A stretch of DNA of 32,000 bases from Geotalea uraniireducens Rf4 (GTDB lineage: Bacteria > Desulfobacterota > Desulfuromonadia > Geobacterales > Geobacteraceae). A program made the translations under genes and the position numbers. Numbering within the stretch: the stretch's first letter is position 1; every line of letters begins with the position of its first letter. The stretch covers positions 2,850,001-2,882,000 of the forward strand of contig NC_009483.1 of the NCBI RefSeq assembly GCF_000016745.1. Reading direction: 5' to 3'. The notes beneath the pieces were generated by a model that made no database searches, was not told where the DNA came from, and was given only the letters and a program-made list of their open reading frames with translations. Positions 15,878 to 24,101 of the stretch are shown piece by piece.

Positions 15878-17973
15878 AGCGGCACGATCTCCGTATATTC
15901 ATCAGTTTCCAGCGGGAAATACTGCTGAATTTTTTGTCCCTCAACTATGAGTTCCGGTGCTGCCTTCTCCGGCATTGTCGGGCCATAGTAGGTAAGGTAG
16001 TAACGCTTGCCAATGCGCCCGGAAGAAGAAAGCACTGCCTCGACTTCACCGTCGTACTGTTTCGGGCTGACAAAGAGAACTACCTGCGGCGCAAGCTCGG
16101 GAATGTATTTCGCAACACCCTCACGGAAGATGCTTAAGGAGCCAAAGGGAGAATCTATTGCAATTGGAAAGGTTGACCCAGCCAGATCCCTGAGTATGGT
16201 TGGAATTTCCGATCGTCGCTTCGCCAGGGCAACAAGACTGGCTATAAAGACAAGCGAAGTTACGGTTCGTTCCCCGGTACTTAACGCTGCATCGATCTCC
16301 ACCGGGTCGGCACCGCCATCGCCTCCAGCAACTCTCTTGCGAATCCGCAGGGTGAAGTTATCTGTCAACTCCGCCCAATAATCCTTGGTCATTATCTTGC
16401 GGAAATGACTGTCGATTTCCGCATTGAGAAGTGGCCGAAGGTCTTCGGTTTCAGCTTTCAAGATTTGCGTAAGGATATTGATGCAGTCCTCAACTGCGTC
16501 TACCCGGCGTTGTGCACGGGCTGCGGCTTCTTCTTTGTCTGCAATCTGACGAATTTGCGCTTCCAACGTTTCTATTTCGACTGTTGCAGCTTTGATCTGA
16601 CCGTCTATTCGTCCAAGGGCTGCGTTCTGCCCATCGCGATCAAGATGCAAAGACTTAAACTTCTCCTCAAGCTGATTAACCTCTTCATCCTTTTTACCTC
16701 CGAGAGCCTGATGAATCTCCTCAAGTTCTTCGTCACGCTCACGGATGTCGCGGGAAAGCTCAAGACGCTCCAGCTTCAACTGATTTAGCAGTTCCTGAGT
16801 CTGACCGCCAACCCCTTCTATGACTCCGATTGCGTGATCAAGAGCACCCACAGCGTTATTGAAGTCCTGATCTCCAGCTATGGTCAGGAGATTTTCAACG
16901 GCAGCACGCTCAGGAGAACCTTCTGCAAGGCTCCGGGTGCAGATGCATTTGCTATGCTCCAGCAGCTCCTGTAAAAAGGTGTTCAATACTCGCGCAGGAA
17001 TTTTCCCCTCGCTACGGAGTTGAGCGATGATTTCGCAGCCACGATTAATCAATTTGGAAGTTAGAAGAGTGTAGCCGTCATCTGATATAAGCTTAGACAG
17101 GCGTTTCGTTACCTCGTCACGCTTACCAGCCAATTCCTCTCTCTCGCGTGTAAGATGAATACGCTTGGATTGAAGCTCGTGCGCCACGCGATTGGCAGCC
17201 AACTTATCATTTACTGACGCAAGTTCTGCGTTAATAGCTTTCAAGTTAGCAAGCGTCTGATCTTGTTGGCCGATATACTCCTTTATCAGCTCTTCTTGTC
17301 TTGAGAGTTGTTCAATCAATTCCCTCTTCTCTTCACTTGTTGTCTCTTTTTGCTCAGTACGAAGTTTGCCGCGGACATTCTGGTGACGAAGGTCATCGAT
17401 TGTAATCTTTAGTAAATCAAGGCCTAGCATCTGGTGTATGGCATCGGTTACCTGGGAGCTGTTGCGCTCCATGGCCAAGTAGTTAATGCGTTCACCATTG
17501 AAAAAAAGGAATCGGCTGATGCCATCAGGGATGAGTGCTTGAATGCGCTGTTGCGGTCGATCAAGAGAGAAAGTCTGCCCGTTTCTCATCACTTCAAGCG
17601 ATAGCGTTGTCTGCCTCGGGTTCAGATTTTGTTGTGCCAATGAAAGCTGGCGAGTCAGTACATAGCGATCCGCATCGTGTTTGAAGGTTATCTGCACAGA
17701 AGCCGTGAGAGCCAGTGGATCTTTAGCGCGGAGAGCGAGACCTTCATGAATAATCCGATCAGGACGTTCGAAGTCGTCGGGGTTACCGTCAATGCCCATT
17801 AAACCATCACGACCGTAGAAGCACCAGACTAAAGCTTTGAGCAGGGTGGTCTTCCCAAAGCCGTTTTCTGCATGGACAACCGTTACGTTACGTTCGCGGA
17901 GATCTGAGAAGACGAGCTCCTGGCGCCCCTTGAACTGTCGAAAATTCTCCAGTATGAGCCGCTCTAATATCAT
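15874..17973 (-). CDS. DndD-like SMC/ABC ATPase (paralogue of the dndD in this window)
   Basis: MILERLILENFRQFKGRQE...ENGFGKTTLLKALVWCFYG parallels DndD MILDTIILENYGAYGGRQE...GGGKTTLLDAIQLAFYG. Also LFFNGERI vs FFFDGEQI, LSTGERT vs LSAGEKQ, and IAIDSPFGSLS vs IIDTPLGRLD. Long coiled-coil middle. Confidence 0.8.
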   Translation of the reverse strand: MILERLILENFRQFKGRQELVFSDLRERNVTVVHAENGFGKTTLLKALVWCFYGRDGLMGIDGNPDDFERPDRIIHEGLALRAKDPLALTASVQITFKHDADRYVLTRQLSLAQQNLNPRQTTLSLEVMRNGQTFSLDRPQQRIQALIPDGISRFLFFNGERINYLAMERNSSQVTDAIHQMLGLDLLKITIDDLRHQNVRGKLRTEQKETTSEEKRELIEQLSRQEELIKEYIGQQDQTLANLKAINAELASVNDKLAANRVAHELQSKRIHLTREREELAGKRDEVTKRLSKLISDDGYTLLTSKLINRGCEIIAQLRSEGKIPARVLNTFLQELLEHSKCICTRSLAEGSPERAAVENLLTIAGDQDFNNAVGALDHAIGVIEGVGGQTQELLNQLKLERLELSRDIRERDEELEEIHQALGGKKDEEVNQLEEKFKSLHLDRDGQNAALGRIDGQIKAATVEIETLEAQIRQIADKEEAAARAQRRVDAVEDCINILTQILKAETEDLRPLLNAEIDSHFRKIMTKDYWAELTDNFTLRIRKRVAGGDGGADPVEIDAALSTGERTVTSLVFIASLVALAKRRSEIPTILRDLAGSTFPIAIDSPFGSLSIFREGVAKYIPELAPQVVLFVSPKQYDGEVEAVLSSSGRIGKRYYLTYYGPTMPEKAAPELIVEGQKIQQYFPLETDEYTEIVPL

Positions 17974-18158
17974 TTGATCACCCGTTTTACATGCTCAAAG
18001 AGTCGCTGATGAATATCACTGCGCCGCTTCAGGTGCATCACGTCGCGCTCTTCTTTCAGAATATCTCTGATGAGCGTCTGGTATTCAGGAGATGCGGCTT
18101 TAAAGATTTCCTGGGCGCGTGTCAGTTTTTTTGATTGTTCAGGCAGCTGATCTGTCAT
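17970..18158 (-). CDS. Small (62 aa) helical protein of unknown function
   Basis: Sits 6 nt after the PLD-helicase stop and overlaps the DndD-like gene start by ATGA (17970-17973). No motif recognised. Support is positional only. Confidence 0.5.
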   Translation of the reverse strand: MTDQLPEQSKKLTRAQEIFKAASPEYQTLIRDILKEERDVMHLKRRSDIHQRLFEHVKRVIK

Positions 18159-18164
18159 AATAAA

Positions 18165-20285
18165 TTACTCCGATAACAAGTTATATTTCAGGCGCAAATC
18201 ATGTAATGAATGCAATGCCTCTGGGCCGTTTTCGGCCATCCGGCAAAACTCCACAATCCTGCTCAATTCCCTCTGGAAAAACGATCGTTCCATATTAAAC
18301 CCATCATCATCAAGACTGCCACCAAGATCAGGCGGTTGCACAATAAAGTCGTAGATGATCGCCCGATTCTTCCCCGGCGAATTCCTCAGCAGCCGACCAC
18401 GGCGCTGTACAAACTGTCGCGGATTGGTAGAGCTGGCAAGCAGGAACCCCATCCGCAAATCCGGCAAGTCAATTCCCTCATCCAGACACCGTATCGCTAC
18501 GACACCATCCAGAAAGCCGCTCGTCAGGTCGCGCAGGATTTCTTCCCGCTCTTCAGTGCTCTCCCGAAAAGTGAAATTCCGCACCCGGAGACCATGTCTT
18601 TCACCCAACAGCCGAGAAACAGCCTGAATCTGGCGAACTTCTTCATCGGTAATGGCATCAGTCGTTCGCCCGTCGCCACAATAGAAGATGGCTTTTTTCG
18701 GCGGCTCAGGTAGCGAAGCAATGACCCGATCCAGGGCAGCGAGTTTATTCTCCGCGCCGGCAAGAAGCCGCGCCCTCTTGATAAGAAGCCGCATGGCCAC
18801 CTGCTGCATTTCACTGTCGTCATCCCCTTTGGAGAAAAACTTTGCCAGCTTGGTAGTTATCTCTTCATAGGCATCGGTTTCGGTCTCGGTCAGCTCTACG
18901 GGAATCGGGTAGTAACGATACCGGCAAAGGCGACCGTCGGCAATAGCCGATGATAGAGGATATTCATAAACGATATTTCCGAAATAGTCCAGCACTGCCG
19001 ACGTGCCAACCGGGTCGTAGTGACGTTCCGGGGTAGCAGAGAGCCCCAGACGCAGGGCAATTCCATCCGGCAGAGCCTCCCGAATCCGTTCTGCCCCCAG
19101 GTTATGGACCTCATCGGCAATCAGGAGATGATGGACTGCCAACGTCGCCACTCGTGGGCGAATGCGCGCCTGGAAACTCTCGCTTTGAAACGTTGCGTTG
19201 GTGGCAACAATGGCATGTACCTGCGACAGTCCGACTGAAAGCCTTTGATACCCCTCCTCCAGCTCTGCCTGCCACCGATCTTTCCCCTCAAAGCAGGCAA
19301 CCGGCTGCAGTCCGAAAGCCGCCATCTCTCGCAGCCACTGTCGGCAGAGATTGATAAACGGACAAACCACGATAAGGACAAGCGGACGATTCTTTTCCGC
19401 AACCTTGCTGGCCAGGGTGAGCGCGGTCAACGTCTTCCCGGAACCGGTGGCCATGGCAAAAATCCCCTTGCCTCCCGCCTTGCTCCAGGCACGAATGGCG
19501 TCAGCCTGGTAGGGACGAAGTTCAAAGCTCTTGGGTGGGATGAATTCCGTGTGCAGTCCAGGCTCTTTTACCCGGTCGAGCGATAAGCCCGCTGGTGGCT
19601 TGTCCAGATCACGGAAGCGCTCCAGCAGTTCTTTACCGGCTTCACTGAATTCCATGATCCGCAGCCCCGGTGTCGAGTCGTTCCAGAGCGCTTCAAAGTT
19701 CTCCACTTCTTCTTGTACCCGGCCTTCCTGATCGCGCCACGAACAGAAAACCTTGATGCTTTCGAAGTTCTCCACCAACCCGCCAGCTGTCTCGTTGGAC
19801 GAACCGGAAAATGCCACGAGGTTCCCGTCTCGATCGGTGAAAATGCCCGTTTTCTCATGGAAAATACCACGGGAAAATCCACCCCGAGCATCCAGCCGTA
19901 GAGCAAGCTTGATCTCCAGCAGACCGGCAGCAGCAAGCCACGCCAGGGCGTTGAGCCGATCCTTGATCAAGGCATCTTCAATACCAGCAAGACTCCGGGC
20001 AGCTATTGCGCGTAAAGCATCAGCAGGATTACTGGCCGCCGCCTGGAGCGCCTCCACATCCGCCGGTTCCAGATAGGGTGAAACTACCAACTTCATCTTT
20101 CCTCGCCGGGACGCGAGACTGGCCACCCCACTTGCCGCCAATGCAAGACCGGCACTGGTAAAATATCCCGCCGCCCGGCGATAGAGGACAGACGACTCCA
20201 GACACGGGATAAAGAAATCCCTTACCAGATCATCACGCCCGGTGCGGTAGGAAAGGTTGATTGTTATGTCAGAAAGATTGGGCAA
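18165..20285 (-). CDS. PLD-family nuclease domain fused to an SF2 (ResIII/DEAH) helicase
   Basis: HKD motif FHEKTGIFTDRDGNLVAFSGSSNET. Helicase motif I MATGSGKT, II LIADEVHNL, III LGLSATP, VI QRRGRLLR. Apparent TTG start. Confidence 0.85.
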   Translation of the reverse strand: MPNLSDITINLSYRTGRDDLVRDFFIPCLESSVLYRRAAGYFTSAGLALAASGVASLASRRGKMKLVVSPYLEPADVEALQAAASNPADALRAIAARSLAGIEDALIKDRLNALAWLAAAGLLEIKLALRLDARGGFSRGIFHEKTGIFTDRDGNLVAFSGSSNETAGGLVENFESIKVFCSWRDQEGRVQEEVENFEALWNDSTPGLRIMEFSEAGKELLERFRDLDKPPAGLSLDRVKEPGLHTEFIPPKSFELRPYQADAIRAWSKAGGKGIFAMATGSGKTLTALTLASKVAEKNRPLVLIVVCPFINLCRQWLREMAAFGLQPVACFEGKDRWQAELEEGYQRLSVGLSQVHAIVATNATFQSESFQARIRPRVATLAVHHLLIADEVHNLGAERIREALPDGIALRLGLSATPERHYDPVGTSAVLDYFGNIVYEYPLSSAIADGRLCRYRYYPIPVELTETETDAYEEITTKLAKFFSKGDDDSEMQQVAMRLLIKRARLLAGAENKLAALDRVIASLPEPPKKAIFYCGDGRTTDAITDEEVRQIQAVSRLLGERHGLRVRNFTFRESTEEREEILRDLTSGFLDGVVAIRCLDEGIDLPDLRMGFLLASSTNPRQFVQRRGRLLRNSPGKNRAIIYDFIVQPPDLGGSLDDDGFNMERSFFQRELSRIVEFCRMAENGPEALHSLHDLRLKYNLLSE

Positions 20286-20515
20286 TATGGCTCTCAGCGC
20301 TAAGTTTTGATGCCTTCGTAAAGATCGTTCATTTCAGGAGATCGAAGAGGTGAGATACTCCTGTTGCTGCTTTTCTGGATTTACGACAGTAAAAAACTGG
20401 ATGGTCAAGTTTAAACATTCTCCAACTATTTTCCCCGCTGGAATCTCTCCACACTCCGCTCAGTTCAGTGTTATTCGCAATATTCCGGAAGCATGCAACA
20501 ATTTACTTTCCCCAA

Positions 20516-20740
20516 CAAAAAAGCCGCCAATCAGCATATCCCTGACCAGCGGCTTTTATCTACACGCAGTGCATCTATTCCACTTTCTATCACTCATCCC
20601 AAAAAACTCCACATAACACAATAAAATGAGCCTTCTATTTACACCCCGGATGCACTCGCTGTCAACCTTTAGCTATGTATTTTCTAACACACTCTTCTTC
20701 CCCATTAACCAGACACGACTCCACCCTCCCCCACCCGACA
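20516..20740. repeat. Direct repeat copy A (partner 21342-21737)
   Basis: Begins with a bidirectional terminator-like hairpin aaaaagccgcc...gcggctttt. It then shares tacacgcagtgcatctattcc...ctccacataacacaataaaatgagccttctatttacacc...gtcaacctttagcta...ccagacacgactccaccctcccccacccgaca with copy B. Confidence 0.85.
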
Positions 20741-20879
20741 TCATCTTAATCCTTACCCGGCCCTAATTACTCCTCTGGGTCGATCTTGCCGAAAACAGTT
20801 CGCAGCTCCGGATGCTGGGCCAGAGTATCGCGGAGATATTCATCAATGAGCGCATCGTAAATGCCGGCAGCAAGGTACT

Positions 20880-21296
20880 TCATCGGAAGCCTGCCTTACA
20901 TTCGGCAAGATACGACCCAATCACTGGGACATCAGCCTCAGCCCAGTCGAGGGTATGGAGTTTCTCCGGAGGCAGCCAGACGATGGCAGCGTGCTCGTGA
21001 AGCACGATCACGCCCGAATTAATAGAGCAGACAAACGGATGGAGCGTAACAGCGAAGGTCGGGTAATGGTGCATGCTGGTCGGCAAGCTCTTACCGATGA
21101 TCACGTGAATGCCCATCTCTTCAACCAGTTCGCGCCGCAGGCACTCTTCCGGCGTTTCACCGGGGTCGATCTTGCCTCCGGGAAACTCCCACTTGAGCGG
21201 CAGGCTCATGGCGGCGCTCCGTTGGGCGGCCAGAACGAGACCGTCCTGTTCGATGATAGCGCAGGTGACATTAATGTGTATTGCTTTTGCAGACAT
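20880..21296 (-). CDS. NUDIX hydrolase (MutT-like)
   Basis: Nudix box GGKIDPGETPEECLRRELVEEMGI. 138 aa. Confidence 0.85.
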   Translation of the reverse strand: MSAKAIHINVTCAIIEQDGLVLAAQRSAAMSLPLKWEFPGGKIDPGETPEECLRRELVEEMGIHVIIGKSLPTSMHHYPTFAVTLHPFVCSINSGVIVLHEHAAIVWLPPEKLHTLDWAEADVPVIGSYLAECKAGFR

Positions 21297-21341
21297 AGCC
21301 GCCTAATTTTCCATGCAAATAAACAGGGGGCAACGAATGGT

Positions 21342-21737
21342 CAAAAAAAAGCCGCCAATCAGCATATCCCTGACCCGGCGGCTTTTATCTACACGCAGTG
21401 CATCTATTCCAAAGTTTATCACCCATCCCCAAAAACTCCACATAACACAATAAAATGAGCCTTCTATTTACACCCTGGATGCGCTCGGTGTCAACCTTTA
21501 GCTAGAGTCTGTCGGACTAAGGAATGAATCTACTGCGAGAATGGCAAATCGGTCCATATCTCCGTAAATTTTCGACGAATAGGTCCACTATTCGCTCTCA
21601 AATTTCCGGAAATCTGTCCTCGATTTTCCATCCTCTCGCTACGATTCCCTAAGTCCGACAGACTCCTGGGAATTTTCTAACAAAACTACTTATACACCCC
21701 GTCACCCAGACACGACTCCACCCTCCCCCACCCGACA
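21342..21737. repeat. Direct repeat copy B, interrupted by a 161-bp palindromic insert
   Basis: Collinear with copy A, apart from scattered substitutions, except for 21505-21665. Confidence 0.85.
21505..21665. mobile_element. MITE-like palindromic element (161 bp)
   Basis: Absent from repeat copy A at the equivalent point. Termini gagtctgtcggactaaggaat / attccctaagtccgacagactc are inverted repeats. The interior is also largely self-complementary (gcgagaatggcaaatcg / cgattttccatcctctcgc). Confidence 0.6.
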
Positions 21738-21824
21738 CCGGCTGACAGCAGTGGCGCACAAACCAAAAGGCCCCTGGGTGCGAAACCCAAGGGCCAAATG
21801 CTTATAAGTACAGAAGGTTCCGCG

Positions 21825-21862
21825 CAAAACAAAAGGGGCTAACCTTAATTGGCTAACCCCTT
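21825..21862 (-). terminator. Rho-independent terminator downstream of tRNA-Cys
   Basis: aagggg(21833-38)...cccctt(21857-62) stem with an inner CC/GG pair, followed on the minus strand by ttttgttttg. Confidence 0.55.
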
Positions 21863-21870
21863 GTTTTTAT

Positions 21871-21945
<75 letters not shown>

Positions 21946-22061
21946 GGACAAATTATCAATCTATTCCAAAATTCAGTATGATGAACTGATACATTCGGAA
22001 CAGAAAAGTTTTATACATTGTTTTGCTTACGGTGTCAACGAATAATATGTCGGGAAAAAGG

Positions 22062-24089
22062 TTATACCGCCCCGCTAGCTGTACACTCATCGGCACTCTT
22101 GCTCTCCGTCCGGAAAATCAACATCTCCCGGCGCAAAGATTCGATCTCGATGGAGATGGCCGCTATGCTGGCGGAAACACCCTGGAACCCGCTTATGGTA
22201 CTGGCGCCTATATCCATGATCTGATCCATGGAAACAATGATGCCGCCATTCACGTGCTGTTGCTGGGTAGATGCGGCAACGATTTCAGCAGTTCTGTCGT
22301 TTGCAGCCTGGAGATTGAACTGGATCGACTGCAACGTGCTTGCCTGCTCATTGGCAGCCCGTCCCGTCATTTCCATGGCATCCTTGATTGAACTGATACC
22401 CTTGACCAAATGGGAAATGCTTTTTTCTTCTTCCTCTGTTGCCCGGTTCACTTCGTAGTTTAAAGTCTGCAACTCGTTAACGGCTCCGATTATGTTCTCA
22501 ATGCCATCGCTCTGTTCAACGGCAGAATCTTCTATGCTTTTGATCATTTCCGTCGATTTGCGCGCCGAACCCAGTATTTCACGCAAAGCATCACCGGCTT
22601 TCGAGACGACCTTCCCGCCCTCATGCACTATCTTGGACGTTTCCCCCGTACCTCTCACCGCCACGTCTATATCCTGCTGAATGGCCCTGACAATTGCTTC
22701 TATTTCTATGGTCGATCCGACTGTCTTGTCGGACAGCAACTTAATCTCATTGGCAACTACCGCGAAGCTTTTTCCATGCTCGCCAGCCTGTGCCGCTATT
22801 ATTGATGCATTCAGCGACAACAGCTTGGTTTCATCGGTAACTTCTTTTATCACGGCAAGAATTCTTGTTATGTCTTTGGACCTGGAACCGAGGTTGCCGA
22901 TAGATTTGGAAAGAGTACCGACGATCAAGTCGATTTTTTCCATGCTGGCCTTTGTTTCGTAGACGGAAACAATCCCTTTGTCGGAAATGACCTTGGTCGT
23001 ATCGTTGCTGAGTTCGACCGATTCCTTGACGGAATTTTCTATTTTTTTCACAGATTCTTTGATCTGCGCCACGGAACCGGAAACACCACCTACCGTCATG
23101 GATGCCTTTGCGGCAAGAGCTGCCACATTTTTCGCCGATTGTCCCAGTTCGGCAACGGTGGAATAGGAAGAGTTGATATTGGTATTCAATGTTTCAACCT
23201 TGCCGGCAATTTCTTCCGATGCTGCACCGACCTCGGTCAGGGAAACAGTGTTGTCATTGGCCAGCGACAACAATTTATTGCTGTTATCGATGATCTGGTT
23301 CTGTGACTCTGACGCTTCTTTTACCGCCTGTGAAGTCTGCTCGGTTGATAGCTGCTGCCGGCTCACGGACTCGACCAGATTTTGCAGGATATCATTCAGA
23401 CGCATCGTCGCATTCGAAACATCATCAGAAATGTTTTTTATCCTGTTGATGCTTACGGAGAGGCGTTCCACAAGAAAATCAAAACCAGTGGCTATCACAC
23501 CGATTTCGTCCATTTTCGAGGGTTTCATCCGCTGGGTAAGATCGCCTTCGGTGGCATTTCTGATGAACTTGCTGATAAGCGCAATCCTGTTGCCTATGTT
23601 TGCGTAATAAAAACGATAAATAAGAAAGATCAGTGCAACAAATACAACCGCTTGTATGGCAAAACCGGTAAGAACCTGATGCAGCAATTCATCTTCGATT
23701 TTTTTCTGCGAAAACAGGACATTGAGCGTCCCTACCTTGTCCCCTCCTGCAAGAACGGGGATTTCGAGTTTTTTGAGGCCGCCGTCGGACTTCTCGACTT
23801 TTTTCAGCACAGTAAGTCCGCTTTTGTCCAAGAGTTCCAACGCTTTAACATCTCCATCCTTCAGGGTTTCATCCATCAGAAGCCCCAGGTAGGTAAAATC
23901 ATAATCGGTCAATGAGCGGGACGATGTGCTCACCAGCAGTCGGGAAACTACCTGTATTTTTTTGGTGAGGTCAGCCGAAAGTAAATGGCGGTTATTATAA
24001 TACGACCAGCACAGAATGACCGTCTGACCCAGAAAAAGCACCAACAGCACCCTTATGATAAACACCCTTGAAAGACTGGACTGTTTCAT
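22062..24089 (-). CDS. Methyl-accepting chemotaxis protein
   Basis: Two transmembrane segments, a HAMP-like region, and the conserved signalling hairpin LLSLNASIIAAQAGEHGKSFAVVANEIKLLSDKT. Confidence 0.85.
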   Translation of the reverse strand: MKQSSLSRVFIIRVLLVLFLGQTVILCWSYYNNRHLLSADLTKKIQVVSRLLVSTSSRSLTDYDFTYLGLLMDETLKDGDVKALELLDKSGLTVLKKVEKSDGGLKKLEIPVLAGGDKVGTLNVLFSQKKIEDELLHQVLTGFAIQAVVFVALIFLIYRFYYANIGNRIALISKFIRNATEGDLTQRMKPSKMDEIGVIATGFDFLVERLSVSINRIKNISDDVSNATMRLNDILQNLVESVSRQQLSTEQTSQAVKEASESQNQIIDNSNKLLSLANDNTVSLTEVGAASEEIAGKVETLNTNINSSYSTVAELGQSAKNVAALAAKASMTVGGVSGSVAQIKESVKKIENSVKESVELSNDTTKVISDKGIVSVYETKASMEKIDLIVGTLSKSIGNLGSRSKDITRILAVIKEVTDETKLLSLNASIIAAQAGEHGKSFAVVANEIKLLSDKTVGSTIEIEAIVRAIQQDIDVAVRGTGETSKIVHEGGKVVSKAGDALREILGSARKSTEMIKSIEDSAVEQSDGIENIIGAVNELQTLNYEVNRATEEEEKSISHLVKGISSIKDAMEMTGRAANEQASTLQSIQFNLQAANDRTAEIVAASTQQQHVNGGIIVSMDQIMDIGASTISGFQGVSASIAAISIEIESLRREMLIFRTESKSADECTASGAV

Positions 24090-24101
24090 TGTTGTTTCCC
24101 G

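Noticed and set aside
20286-20516. Promoter for the six-gene operon (TTGACC ... GTAAAT on the minus strand)
   Set aside because: The -10 match is only 3 of 6 and the spacing is ambiguous, so it is too weak to call.
20350-20616. 88-aa plus-strand ORF upstream of the PLD-helicase gene
   Set aside because: It runs into direct-repeat copy A and its terminator hairpin. It has no RBS or motif and is most likely non-coding.
21741-21830. Hairpin ggcccctggg-tgcgaaa-cccaagggcc as an sRNA or terminator
   Set aside because: It has one internal mismatch and no flanking U-tract. I could not distinguish it from a chance palindrome.
11549-21870. Canonical DndFGH/DptFGH, SspE, or an island integrase
   Set aside because: I looked for a very large DndH-like protein, DndF/G-like genes, and tyrosine or serine recombinase motifs. 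None is visible in any long ORF. This needs confirmation by profile search.
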